Part shown: piece by piece, positions 9,202 to 18,604 of the stretch | Numbering within the stretch: the first letter of the stretch is position 1 | How the letters are laid out: each line of letters opens with the position of its first letter | Assembly: GCA_025057395.1 (NCBI GenBank) | Contig: JANWXU010000001.1 | Coordinates: 1,660 to 65,659, forward strand | DNA from: Bacteroidia bacterium | Lineage (GTDB): Bacteria; Bacteroidota; Bacteroidia; J057; JANWXU01 | Direction of reading: 5' to 3' | Length of the DNA stretch: 64,000 nucleotides | Program-made: the position numbers and the translations under genes | Notes under the pieces: model-generated | What the model was told of the DNA's origin: nothing | Databases searched by the model: none | What the model saw: only the letters and a program-made list of their open reading frames with translations

Positions 9202-9513
9202 ATGCAACTGATTCAAAATGAAAATTCTGTGATTCTTGAAGGCAACCTACAAGTCGAGGACGTAGAAAAAATGAAAGCATTTCTTGAACAATCAAGAATA
9301 TTGAATTGGAATTGTAGAGAGCTCGAAATTGAAGACGCACAAGCAATGGCAAGTTTAACTAGCTTGATAAAAAAATTACTTACTGAAGGTAATTCTATTA
9401 CTCTTTTAGCACCCCCGCAACTACTAATGCATAATTTATACCGCCTTGGTTTTTATCCCCATCCTTTACTAAAAGTAGTAGAAATTCGTCAAGAGGAAGT
9501 TTATAGCAGCTAA
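9202..9513 (+). CDS. Small hypothetical protein, STAS/anti-sigma-antagonist-like pattern
   Basis: 103-aa ORF filling an otherwise empty 450-bp gap. The pattern SVILEGNLQVEDVEKMKAFL...LEIEDAQAMASLTSLIKKLLTEGNSITLLAPPQLLMHNLYRLGF resembles STAS (MlaB/SpoIIAA-like) domains. It lies head to head with the CMD gene, only 2-29 bp apart. Confidence 0.45.
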   Translation: MQLIQNENSVILEGNLQVEDVEKMKAFLEQSRILNWNCRELEIEDAQAMASLTSLIKKLLTEGNSITLLAPPQLLMHNLYRLGFYPHPLLKVVEIRQEEVYSS

Positions 9514-9623
9514 TTTTTGATTTTTACGTGCCGCAATAGGTAGTTTTCAATTTTTAGAATTCTTGCCTATATTTATACCTAATACTTTGAATATGTTAAA
9601 CAAAATTTCCTACTTTTTGAGCA

Positions 9624-11789
9624 ATGCGACTAAAACTGTTATTATTACTTGCTTGTGACTTTTTATTGGTGGGGGCCCTAAGTGCTCAAGAAATAAAGCT
9701 ACCTCGTTGTGGCACAGATGAATATCACGAGGGCGTTCAAGATGAAAAATCATTGCAGCAACGAGCCCATCTAGAAGAATTTACTCGTTTGCAGAGTTTT
9801 AAAACTCAAAAAGAGTTTATTGGCTCTAAATATATTATTCCTGTAGTGGTACATGTGGTTCACAATGGTGGGCAGGATAGTATTTCTTATGAGCAGGTAC
9901 TTTCAGAGTTTACGGTGTTATTTAACAATTTTCGAAAAGTACCAGGTACCCAAGGCTTTGGGGGTGGTATAGATACTCATATAGAATTTAGTTTAGCTAC
10001 TAAAGATCCGCAGGGTAATCCGCATTCTGGCGTTACCTATACACGCCACCCTTTGAGTGCTATGCACGCAAGAAATGATAACCTTGCTCTTAAAAGTTTG
10101 ATACGATGGGACACCACAAAGTATTTTAATGTTTGGGTAGTGCGTAAGATAGAAGGCGGGGTAGCAGGGTATGCCCAGTTCCCCTGGATGGATGGTCCTG
10201 CTACGGACGGAGTGGTGGTAGAAAATCGTGTTTTTGGTAGCATCGGAACTTCTGAAACCCCTGTCTCGATTACTACTCATGAATTTGGACATTGGCTTAA
10301 TCTTTTTCATCCTTTTCAAGGTAGTTGTGGAACTAATAATTGTACTAATAGTGGTGATGCTGTTTGTGATACTCCTCCAGTTTTGGATCAAGAATTTAAA
10401 ATTGTATTTCGTAGATTAAATTCTTGCACTAACGATTCTCCCGATATGGCAGATGCGCCGCGTAATTATATGGATTATCTTACGGATTATAATTTAGCTA
10501 ATTTCTTTACAAAAGGGCAGGCGGCAAGGATGTGGGCGGTTTTGGAAAACCCTAGCTTTGTACGTCGGCATAAATTATGGCAAGAAAGTAACTTGCGGGC
10601 TACAGGAACAGGAAAATATGGCCCTCCTAAAGCTTATTTCTGGGCAAATAAATTACAAACCTGCGTTGGTTTTCCTGTTACGTTTATAGATTATTCTAGA
10701 AATCAACCTACAGAATATCAATGGACTTTTCCTGGGGGGGAGCCTTCTACCTCTACTGAGGTTAACCCTACTGTGGTTTATAAAAGACCAGGTAAGTATG
10801 GGGCTACTTTAGTGGTTAAAAATCTTTCAGGAATTAGCGATACTTTTTCTGTGCAGGATTTTATCACAGTGATAGATACTACTTATTCTCTTCCTTTTAG
10901 CGAGGGTTTTGAAAATATTACTTTTCCACCTGCCAATTGGCTTATAGAAGATCCTGATGGATTAGCAAGAGACGCAGGTACGATTACTTGGCGTAGAAGA
11001 GCGGTAGGAATGCCAGGCTCGAGCGCAGGTTCTGCGCAGATGCGGTTTTTCATATATAACGATTATAATCAAAAAGATGGACTTATCACTCCGCCTTTAG
11101 ATTTTTCTAAAACTCGCAATGCTGCTCTCATTTTTACTAGGGCTTATACGCCTTTATTTCATGAAGCCGCTGCTGAACAAGTGGGCGGAATCCAAGTACC
11201 GCGCTCATTTTTACGACTATATACTGATACTCTTTCAATTCAGGTATCTACTGATTGTGGGGCTACTTGGCAAGAAATCTGGCGCAAAGGAGGAATAGCA
11301 CTTATGACTACACGAAATGCTCCCCGAACGAATACAAGGGGCGAGGGCGGTGAATTTAGTAGTATAGCCCCTAATGAATGGAAGCAGGATACTTTAGATT
11401 TATCTCAATTTGTAGGGAGAGCCAATGTTCGGATTAAGTTTGAGGCGATCAATGGCTTTGGTAATCATTTGTATATCGATGGTATAAGAGTAGATACTGT
11501 TAAATATAATTTGGTGGGAATTTCAAGAGATTTAATAACAAAAAATTTAGTGGTAGCACCTAATCCCTTTTCGGGGGCTACTACTTTGCGATTTGATCTT
11601 ATTCAAAGAGCTCAAGTGAAAGTAGAAATTCTGGATATGAATGGTAGAATAGTAGATACCCTACCCCCTACAATTTATTCTCCAGGTGAAAAAACTATAG
11701 AGTTAACCTTGGATAAACCCAGGGGTATTTATTTTGCACGAATTTGGATTAATGACGAATTTGTTACTAAAAAATTGATAAAGTACTAA
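9624..11789 (+). CDS. Secreted zinc metalloprotease (M43 pappalysin/cytophagalysin-like) with a PKD domain and a type A T9SS C-terminal domain
   Basis: Signal peptide. Zinc site HEFGHWLNLFHPF followed by CDTPP. PKD module YQWTFPGGEPS...GKYGATLVVKN. An 'FENITFPPANWLIEDPDG' module. C-terminal LVVAPNPFSGATTLRFDL... Confidence 0.85.
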   Translation: MRLKLLLLLACDFLLVGALSAQEIKLPRCGTDEYHEGVQDEKSLQQRAHLEEFTRLQSFKTQKEFIGSKYIIPVVVHVVHNGGQDSISYEQVLSEFTVLFNNFRKVPGTQGFGGGIDTHIEFSLATKDPQGNPHSGVTYTRHPLSAMHARNDNLALKSLIRWDTTKYFNVWVVRKIEGGVAGYAQFPWMDGPATDGVVVENRVFGSIGTSETPVSITTHEFGHWLNLFHPFQGSCGTNNCTNSGDAVCDTPPVLDQEFKIVFRRLNSCTNDSPDMADAPRNYMDYLTDYNLANFFTKGQAARMWAVLENPSFVRRHKLWQESNLRATGTGKYGPPKAYFWANKLQTCVGFPVTFIDYSRNQPTEYQWTFPGGEPSTSTEVNPTVVYKRPGKYGATLVVKNLSGISDTFSVQDFITVIDTTYSLPFSEGFENITFPPANWLIEDPDGLARDAGTITWRRRAVGMPGSSAGSAQMRFFIYNDYNQKDGLITPPLDFSKTRNAALIFTRAYTPLFHEAAAEQVGGIQVPRSFLRLYTDTLSIQVSTDCGATWQEIWRKGGIALMTTRNAPRTNTRGEGGEFSSIAPNEWKQDTLDLSQFVGRANVRIKFEAINGFGNHLYIDGIRVDTVKYNLVGISRDLITKNLVVAPNPFSGATTLRFDLIQRAQVKVEILDMNGRIVDTLPPTIYSPGEKTIELTLDKPRGIYFARIWINDEFVTKKLIKY

Positions 11790-11815
11790 TACAAGTTGAA
11801 CAATCTTTTCCTTAT

Positions 11816-11853
11816 AAAGGAATGGCAATTATTTTATTGCCATTCCTTTTTTT
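11816..11853 (+). terminator. Rho-independent terminator
   Basis: 14-bp perfect stem aaaggaatggcaat (11816-11829) / attgccattccttt (11836-11849), 6-nt loop, then a T-run. It lies 27 nt after the protease stop codon. Confidence 0.65.
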
Positions 11854-11859
11854 ATAGAA

Positions 11860-12417
11860 TTATGGATATATTACTAAGGGGGGGGTAGTAATTGTGTTAC
11901 TTTTATTTCCAGACCTATCTACAATGTATATAGAAAATGTGGTGGTATCTGGCTCATCAAAAAAGTTGATAATTGGAATATAAGGCATAGCTATAGTAAT
12001 AGTACCTTGGATAGACTGATTACGAGTTTCGGGGGTTAGGCTACGAGGTAGCCGAAAATTCAACTTTCCATTATAGTAAATAGGAGGGTTATTATAGGGT
12101 AAGTTCGGGCGGTTATCGGTAATAAATATATTAGGAGGACCCGAAAAATTATTAGTTCCTAAGTCTCCGTCCCCGTCCTCAAAGCGAAATGTAATAGAGA
12201 AGCATTGGTTTTGGATAAAGCATAGGGTATCTTTACTACTAATTGCACGTGGCTTCATTTCTACGAATTCAATGCGGGGTATAACAGGAAAAACTGCTTC
12301 TGGAGTGCTGCAACCTGTAAAAAGTAGCATCGTCAATTGTAAGAAAATAATTTTCGAAAACAAGACCAAGAAACGCCTTAAATGCAAATGGGTGGACTCT
12401 ATACATAGGATAAGCAT
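11860..12417 (-). CDS. Hypothetical lipoprotein
   Basis: N-terminal RRFLVLFSKIIFLQLTMLLFTGCS (signal plus lipobox Cys). Acidic DGDGDLG loop. No recognisable family. Confidence 0.6.
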   Translation of the reverse strand: MLILCIESTHLHLRRFLVLFSKIIFLQLTMLLFTGCSTPEAVFPVIPRIEFVEMKPRAISSKDTLCFIQNQCFSITFRFEDGDGDLGTNNFSGPPNIFITDNRPNLPYNNPPIYYNGKLNFRLPRSLTPETRNQSIQGTITIAMPYIPIINFFDEPDTTTFSIYIVDRSGNKSNTITTPPLVIYP

Positions 12418-12526
12418 ATCGCAACTAATATACCTTTTTAAAAAACGGCATTTTTGAGAAATTTGTTTTGAATAAAAAATTTTTATTGGTAATACTTTAT
12501 AAAAGTATAAAAAGTATAGTAAACTA

Positions 12527-13087
12527 ATGGAAATATTACGAAAAAAAGGACTATTATTTTTCTTTTTATCTCTTACATTTCTAGGCTCAGGCTTATTTTT
12601 ACTATTTATTTATCAACAGGGTAAACAATCTTCTCTTCAGGAGAGGCGTTTAGCGATTAATAATGCTCTTAAAGGCAAAATTATGCATAGCTTAGGGAGT
12701 GAGGCAAAAGTTATTTTGGAAAATCGAGATATTAATGCAGATGGACTTATTGAAGCTGTAGGAATCTTGCCCCTTAAATCGAAAGTTTTTATTAGCAAAG
12801 ATAGCTTTTATTGTAAGCATTTAGAAATTTATCATTTACCAGGCCGTAAAATGAAAAGATTAATTTCTGTGGAGCCCCATACCATTTTTGATGCTGAAGA
12901 CAAACCAATTTATTCTTTTGACTCTCCTTATGTAGGATATTTTTGCAAAATATTATATAACACCCCCGATAGCCTTGTACGTTTTGAATTTATCAGGTTA
13001 GATGCCCAGGAAAGAAAGACAAATCAAAAATTTATTATTTTTTGGGATGTTTTGCATAAAAAGTATAGTCTACAATTACTCCCATAA
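12527..13087 (+). CDS. Hypothetical membrane-anchored protein
   Basis: N-terminal hydrophobic helix (LLFFFLSLTFLGSGLFLLFIY). Contains DINADGLIE (a DxNxDG Ca-loop-like motif). No family recognised. Confidence 0.5.
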   Translation: MEILRKKGLLFFFLSLTFLGSGLFLLFIYQQGKQSSLQERRLAINNALKGKIMHSLGSEAKVILENRDINADGLIEAVGILPLKSKVFISKDSFYCKHLEIYHLPGRKMKRLISVEPHTIFDAEDKPIYSFDSPYVGYFCKILYNTPDSLVRFEFIRLDAQERKTNQKFIIFWDVLHKKYSLQLLP

Positions 13088-13705
13088 CCATTCTTGTTTC
13101 TGTTTATCAAAGCGTAAGCGAATTGCTATTTTTTTATCGATGCACTCTACGCAGTAGGGGCTTCTATATTGAAGCTCCCCTATTAAAATGCCCCTCCTTA
13201 GGAGTTTTTTAGGCTCTGTTACTCGTACTCTTCCTTTCTTTAAAATTTCGGTAGCCCAAAATACTTTGGTAGGTTGATAGATTTTTTTATTTTCCTGGTC
13301 TTTCATTTGTAAAAAAGCAATAATCACAGTTCGAGTTAGTCGGTTAGATGCGCATGGTATAAGTTGAAGGTGAAAGACCCAGTCTATTTGACTATCTTCA
13401 TTAATATCTGCTTGCCAAGTATTTAGAACTTTTACCTGGTAAATGAATCGGGGGGGAGAGGGGCTTGTAATTAATGGCAAGTATAGCTTTTCTTTTTGCA
13501 ACCATTGTGTCATTGCTATGCGTAGTTCTGCTTCTTGGTTAAGCAGTGTTTCTGTAAATTCTAGTTTTTGGGGTGTTTGGCTAAGTGCGCTAAAAAAGCT
13601 ACAGGTTAGTAGTAAAACAGTAAATTGTTTGTATAGCATAATGAGTATTATGAAAATTAAATTTTTGCCTACTTTGAAAAATGCAAGAATAGTAATAAAC
13701 TGCAA
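13076..13705 (-). CDS. Hypothetical secreted/membrane-anchored protein
   Basis: The likely true start is MLYKQFTVLLLTCSFFSALSQ (about 13639), which gives a signal peptide. Contains ADINEDSQID. Its 3' end overlaps the convergent 12527..13087 gene by 12 nt. Confidence 0.5.
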   Translation of the reverse strand: MQFITILAFFKVGKNLIFIILIMLYKQFTVLLLTCSFFSALSQTPQKLEFTETLLNQEAELRIAMTQWLQKEKLYLPLITSPSPPRFIYQVKVLNTWQADINEDSQIDWVFHLQLIPCASNRLTRTVIIAFLQMKDQENKKIYQPTKVFWATEILKKGRVRVTEPKKLLRRGILIGELQYRSPYCVECIDKKIAIRLRFDKQKQEWLWE

Positions 13706-14051
13706 GAATGTTAGGGGTTGGAAATTTTTGTATTGGTTTATCGAGCAATAAAAGTTGTTAATCTTACGTATGCTAAAAATTATCTACAAATCAAATTTTA
13801 TTAAGTAAAAAAGATTAAATTAAAAGCCACAAAAGCCTAAGCATATAAGCTTAATTTTTTTAGTACTTGGCGTACTTTAGTATATTGTTAGTTGTATTCA
13901 AAAAGCTGTTTTTACTTTTTTCAATAATATTTCTTAAATATTGATTAAAATTAACGAAAGTGTTTATTTTTGCTTGCGTCTAATACGTAATAACATGTAT
14001 AAAGAAAAAACTTAAAATTATAATTATGAATCTTTTAATTACACCAAATTT

Positions 14052-15596
14052 ATGAGTGGGGCAGCAGATTTTTCTAAGGAATTGCTCGAGGCGCTAATAA
14101 ACAAAACGTCTGATGCAGTTATTGTTATCAATAGTCAGCAAGAAATAGTTTATCTGAACCCAGCTACAGAAAAGATATTTGGTTGGCAGGTTCAAGAACT
14201 TTTAGGAAAGCCCCTAACCGTTTTAATTCCTATGCAGTTTAGGGAAATGCATACACGATGGGTAGCCCGCTACGGAGAGACCGGAGAAAGTGAGCGAGAT
14301 AATAGCCAGCCCATGGAATTTTTAGGTTTAAGGAAAAATGGAGAAGTTTTTCCAGCGGAAGTGGCTATTGGTAGGTGTGAAGTAGAGGGAAATCGTTATT
14401 ACTCAGCAATTATACGAGATATTTCGCATACTAAAGCTATTTTAACAGAATTAGAAAAAAACCAACATCGCCTAGAATTAGCGTTAGCTACCGGCAAATT
14501 GGGATATTGGGATATTAATTTGGCTACGGGCGAAGTCTTTAGAGACGAGCAAGCTGCTTATTGGCTAGGGTGTAAGGCGGGCTATAGCAATATTTATACT
14601 GAGAATTGGCTGGGGAAAATTCACCAGGAAGATAGAAGAAAGGTACACCATTTAATCAGTTTGGTGCTATTAGGGCAGAAGGATATATTTTCTTCGGAGT
14701 TTCGTATTTGGATAGAGGCTGAAAACCAGTACCATTGGGTAGAGGGAGTAGGAAAGATTATTCAAAAAGATAAGGCGGGCAAGCCTTTACGTTTTACTGG
14801 TATAGTTCGGAGCATAGAGGAACGCAAGCAGAAAGAAAGAATTGAGAAAATATTTAATTCCGCTTTAGCAGGGGCCTTTGCGGAGGGTGAGCAGCGAGAG
14901 CGTGAGCATATAGCCAAGGAGTTACATGATGGTCTTGCTCAGCAAATTCAAATAGCATTATTATGCTTCGAAAAGTTGAAAAGAAAATTTTGTAAAAATG
15001 AAGTAATTAAAGAAGCAGATTTTAACCAAATTAGTGAGCAGCTTAGTCAAGTAATAGTAGAAGCTAGAAATCTTGCCCATGGGTTAGTAAATAGCTGTAA
15101 TACAGAGAACCTAAACTTAGCTATTCATCAGCTTTTTGAGAAATTAGCTAATCAAGATAAAATTACTTTTCATCTAGATTGGAAAGTGGAGGAAGTTCAT
15201 CTTAGTAAAGAATATACGCATAATATTTATCGCATTATTCAGGAGGTTATTAATAATACGCTGCGTCATTCTGAAGCAAGCAATTGTTGGGTAGCCGCAA
15301 AGATTGTTAATAATCAATTGGTATTGTATTTTGCGGATGATGGTAAAGGGTTTGATGCCCAAAATTCCAGAATTCAAAAAGGGTTAGGGTTTATTAATTT
15401 GCAGACAAGAGTTCGTTATATGAATGGTAAAATTTATATTCATTCTGAAGTAGGGGAGGGTTGTCAGATAGTGATTATGATTCCTATTCCTAGTTTACAG
15501 CAAGATTCGGAGATAAATACAATTGATTTTAGTGAACTTTTGGTGGGGGAAATACGATCCAAGATACGGCAAGCTCAAAGCCTAAGAGCTTTGTAA
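14052..15596 (+). CDS. PAS-PAS sensor histidine kinase (HisKA_3 / NarL-partner type)
   Basis: Two PAS-like segments. H-box EREHIAKELHDGLAQ (HisKA_3). HATPase_c motifs NNTLRHSEA, DDGKGF, GLGFINLQTRV. No N-terminal TM segment, so it is probably cytoplasmic. Confidence 0.85.
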   Translation: MSGAADFSKELLEALINKTSDAVIVINSQQEIVYLNPATEKIFGWQVQELLGKPLTVLIPMQFREMHTRWVARYGETGESERDNSQPMEFLGLRKNGEVFPAEVAIGRCEVEGNRYYSAIIRDISHTKAILTELEKNQHRLELALATGKLGYWDINLATGEVFRDEQAAYWLGCKAGYSNIYTENWLGKIHQEDRRKVHHLISLVLLGQKDIFSSEFRIWIEAENQYHWVEGVGKIIQKDKAGKPLRFTGIVRSIEERKQKERIEKIFNSALAGAFAEGEQREREHIAKELHDGLAQQIQIALLCFEKLKRKFCKNEVIKEADFNQISEQLSQVIVEARNLAHGLVNSCNTENLNLAIHQLFEKLANQDKITFHLDWKVEEVHLSKEYTHNIYRIIQEVINNTLRHSEASNCWVAAKIVNNQLVLYFADDGKGFDAQNSRIQKGLGFINLQTRVRYMNGKIYIHSEVGEGCQIVIMIPIPSLQQDSEINTIDFSELLVGEIRSKIRQAQSLRAL

Positions 15597-15682
15597 TGAA
15601 TAGTTGAAATTTTTGTTTGTGAAAATTTTGTAGCTTCAAATGGTGCATAAATTTCAGGTTTAGTAATAGATCTTACAAGAAT

Positions 15683-16267
15683 ATGAAGCTATCGATTGAT
15701 TTAAAGGTAAATAGTCGAGGAGAGTGGTTGGAGGCTGTAATGAATGATTTTCCTTCTTTTATACAAGATCATGCTAATTGCGAGCGTAAGGCTTCGGCTA
15801 TGGCTATGCACCTAGTAGCTAAGTATCCTGATAGGCTAGCTATTATTCCAGAATTGATTGCTACAGCAGTGGAGGAACTCGAGCATTTTCAACAAGTGTA
15901 TGCTTTTATGGAGAAGATGAAGATTCCCCTGAAGCAAGAAATGGGAGAAGATCCCTATATAAAACAGCTTTTAATGCATTGCCGTACGGGAAGAGACGAG
16001 CGTTTTTTAGATCGCTTATTGATTGCTTCTGTAGTAGAATGCCGTGGGGCGGAACGCTTTAAGTTGATTTGGCAAGCTTTGGAAGAGGGGGAGCTTAAAA
16101 AATTTTATCATCATCTGTGGGCATCTGAGGCTAAGCATGGTCATATTTTTGTGAAAATGGCACTTGCTTATTTTCCACAAGAAGTAGTGTATAATCGTTT
16201 AGAATTTTGGATGCAAAAGGAAGCCGAGGCGATACAATCCTTACCTATCCACGCAGCTCTTCATTAA
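15683..16267 (+). CDS. miaE: tRNA-(ms2io6A37)-hydroxylase MiaE (diiron)
   Basis: DHANCERKASAMAM, EELEHF, ECRGAERF and ASEAKHG give the paired E / ExxH diiron ligand pattern of the short MiaE family (~195 aa). Confidence 0.8.
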   Translation: MKLSIDLKVNSRGEWLEAVMNDFPSFIQDHANCERKASAMAMHLVAKYPDRLAIIPELIATAVEELEHFQQVYAFMEKMKIPLKQEMGEDPYIKQLLMHCRTGRDERFLDRLLIASVVECRGAERFKLIWQALEEGELKKFYHHLWASEAKHGHIFVKMALAYFPQEVVYNRLEFWMQKEAEAIQSLPIHAALH

Positions 16268-16391
16268 ACCAAAAATACATTCCAACCCTACAGATTCATT
16301 TTGTTTACATATAAATTTTGAATATATTGCCCATTAACTTTTACACCCTTTGTTTTGATTTTGGTACAACTGAACCTAATTATTTTTAGTT

Positions 16392-16982
16392 TTGATAGAG
16401 CTTAAAGATTGGGAATTTGTTTTTGAAAATCCAAAGAAGCCGGAAAAGGGGTGCATATTAATAGCTAACCCCTTTATGCGTGACCCTAATTTTAGGCGCT
16501 CAATAGTATTTTTAACGGAGCATAACGAAATGGGGTCTATGGGCTTTATCTTGAATAAGCCAGTAGATGTTTCATTAATAGAGTTATCTACAGACTTTCC
16601 GGCTTTGGATATTGAGCTCTTTTTTGGGGGGCCCGTTCAGTTAGATACCCTGTACTTTATTCATAGAGCTCCGGACAAGCTACAGGGGGGGATTGAAATT
16701 AATGAGGATATTTACTTAGGAGGAGACTTAGAACAATTAAGAGAGTTGCTCCTTACAAAAACCTTAGCGCCTGATGAGTATCGTTTTTTTATTGGATATT
16801 CGGGGTGGGCTCCCATGCAGTTAGCTCATGAAATAGTAGAGTATGCTTGGATAGCACGTGAAGTGGACTCAAAATTTATATTTGAAACTTCACCACAAGA
16901 AATGTGGCGACTAGCGCTAAAAACTATGGGCTCAAAGTATGCGGTGATGGCTAACTTCCCTGAGGATCCTCAATATAACTAG
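16392..16982 (+). CDS. YqgE/AlgH family protein (UPF0301)
   Basis: GCILIANPFMRDPNFRRSIVFLTEHNEMGSMGFILNKP is the family signature. TTG start. Confidence 0.8.
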   Translation: MIELKDWEFVFENPKKPEKGCILIANPFMRDPNFRRSIVFLTEHNEMGSMGFILNKPVDVSLIELSTDFPALDIELFFGGPVQLDTLYFIHRAPDKLQGGIEINEDIYLGGDLEQLRELLLTKTLAPDEYRFFIGYSGWAPMQLAHEIVEYAWIAREVDSKFIFETSPQEMWRLALKTMGSKYAVMANFPEDPQYN

Positions 16983-16997
16983 CAATTAGCCAAAGCT

Positions 16998-17609
16998 TTA
17001 CGAATTACTAACTGGGGAATTGGAAGAAATAGGACCTATGTTTTTGAAGATAAAGCCAAAAAAAATGCCATAAAAAAAACCGAAAATCAAGAAATTGCGG
17101 ATTTCTTGTAAAAAAATACTCAGAGGAGTAGGGGGGTTTTTCTCGAAATAGTGGATTGTTTTTTCGATAGAATGAATTTGTTCTAATATTAGTTCTTTTT
17201 GTTTTAGCTCCGTGGTTTCATTCAATAATTTTTGACGCTGTTGCTTGTAGTAAAGAGCTATATTTTTATCGAAGTTAGGCTCGAACTGATAAAAGATAAA
17301 ATTATAACTTGCTTTGAAAAAAGCCCCTATTATACTAATTAAAACTACATGCACGGCTATTTGTAGAAATGCTAGCCTACCATAGCCGGCATACAAATCC
17401 CATTTTCTTAGTCGGTATATTGCCCAAAAGCAAATAGGCACAAAAATAAATATGGGTAAAAGATTAGTAAAGAAGCCTGCAAAGGGCGTAGAATACATCC
17501 AGTTAGTGGCATAAAATAAGAAATGTATTCCTGCCCCTCCTATGCCTAAGAAAAAGCCCGCTAATAGAATTATTGGCCAGTAAAAGCGCTTAGTAGCTTC
17601 CCTTTGCAT
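16998..17609 (-). CDS. Hypothetical multi-pass membrane protein
   Basis: Four to five hydrophobic helices plus a central coiled-coil-like QQRQKLLNETTELKQKELILEQ. Possibly DUF4199-like (unverified). Confidence 0.6.
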   Translation of the reverse strand: MQREATKRFYWPIILLAGFFLGIGGAGIHFLFYATNWMYSTPFAGFFTNLLPIFIFVPICFWAIYRLRKWDLYAGYGRLAFLQIAVHVVLISIIGAFFKASYNFIFYQFEPNFDKNIALYYKQQRQKLLNETTELKQKELILEQIHSIEKTIHYFEKNPPTPLSIFLQEIRNFLIFGFFYGIFFGFIFKNIGPISSNSPVSNS

Positions 17610-17617
17610 TATGCAAA

Positions 17618-18394
17618 TTATGTAAGTGAAGATGTTAAAAATTGTTTAACTATTTCTAAAAAAGGCTGCGGAGCTTCAGCGTGCACCCAATGTCCTGCTC
17701 TCACTTCTTTAATACTTGAGCGGGGAAATATTTTTCGTATAAGTTCTTCATCTCTATCTTGAATGTAATCTGAAGTACTTCCTTTAATAAAAACAGTAGG
17801 ATAGGGGTAGTTTCCACTTTCAGGTATAGCAGCAGTAATTTCTGCATAGTCCTTAGCTAGTACAGGAAGGTTGAAGCGCCAGGCATAAGTACCATCTTCT
17901 TTACGATAAAGTCCCTTCATTAAGAATTGAACTACGGTGGCATCGTTGTTTAGGTAGTGCATCAAATGCTGTTCTGCGGCTTGGCGGTTTTCAATTTGCT
18001 CTAGGGGCACGGAAAAAAGAGCGTCTATTACTTGATTGTGATGAGGATTATATGCTCGAGGAGCGATATCTACAACAATAAGTTTTTTTACTCGTTCTGG
18101 AAAAAGAGTGGCATAAGTCATGGCTGCTTTTCCCCCCATAGAATGTCCTATTAGGAATACTTGTTCAAAAGAGTGAGAGTTAAAGAATTTTTCTAAATCT
18201 TGTGCCATCTCTAGATAGGTGTGGCTTTCGGTATGAGGAGACCTACCATGATTTCTTAAATCTAAGCTAATTACAGAGTAATTGTTGGCTAGAATATTGG
18301 CTATAGTACGCCAATTATCTGAAGAACCAAAAAGGCCATGTAGGATTACGATCGGAATTTCGCCCTTTCCTGCACGATGGTGCCACAATTCCAT
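17618..18394 (-). CDS. Alpha/beta hydrolase (YbfF-like esterase)
   Basis: HGLFGS oxyanion region, nucleophile elbow GHSMGG, C-terminal GHWVHAE. Confidence 0.8.
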   Translation of the reverse strand: MELWHHRAGKGEIPIVILHGLFGSSDNWRTIANILANNYSVISLDLRNHGRSPHTESHTYLEMAQDLEKFFNSHSFEQVFLIGHSMGGKAAMTYATLFPERVKKLIVVDIAPRAYNPHHNQVIDALFSVPLEQIENRQAAEQHLMHYLNNDATVVQFLMKGLYRKEDGTYAWRFNLPVLAKDYAEITAAIPESGNYPYPTVFIKGSTSDYIQDRDEELIRKIFPRSSIKEVRAGHWVHAEAPQPFLEIVKQFLTSSLT

Positions 18395-18476
18395 TTTTGT
18401 ATTAGTATTTGGAAAAAAATAGATATCAGAAGATATTACAAAATTACAGAAATTTTTTTGTGATTGGTTTCTTTTA

Positions 18477-18484
18477 TATCTTTG
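18477..18484 (+). promoter_or_regulatory. Bacteroidota -7 promoter box (TAnnTTTG) upstream of tRNA-Ser
   Basis: TATCTTTG at 18477-18484 matches the TAnnTTTG consensus, 28 nt before the mature tRNA 5' end. TTG triplets lie upstream at 18458-18466. Confidence 0.35.
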
Positions 18485-18511
18485 TAACCTAGTAAGTGAG
18501 AACGTGTTTTA

Positions 18512-18598
18512 GGAGAAGTGCCAGAGTGGTCGAATGGGCCTGACTCGAAATCAGGTATGTCCTTACGGGCATCGGGGGTTCGAATCCCTCCTTCTCCG
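18512..18598 (+). tRNA. tRNA-Ser (anticodon CGA), class II with long variable arm
   Basis: Hand-folded. Acceptor GGAGAAG/CTTCTCC. D stem CCA/TGG. Anticodon stem CCTGA/TCAGG with loop CTCGAAA. 18-nt variable arm. T arm GGGGG-TTCGAAT-CCCTC. Discriminator G. CCA is not encoded. Confidence 0.9.
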
Positions 18599-18604
18599 CT
18601 TTAT

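Noticed and set aside
9173-9352. The 60-aa N-terminal extension of the CMD ORF (the track ORF reaches 9352) overlaps 9202..9513 on the opposite strand.
   Set aside because: The extension (MPLLVRLQFRALYNSNSIF...) has no family similarity. The CMD domain begins at MNSIDSIELF. The extension is most likely a non-coding read-through of the open frame.
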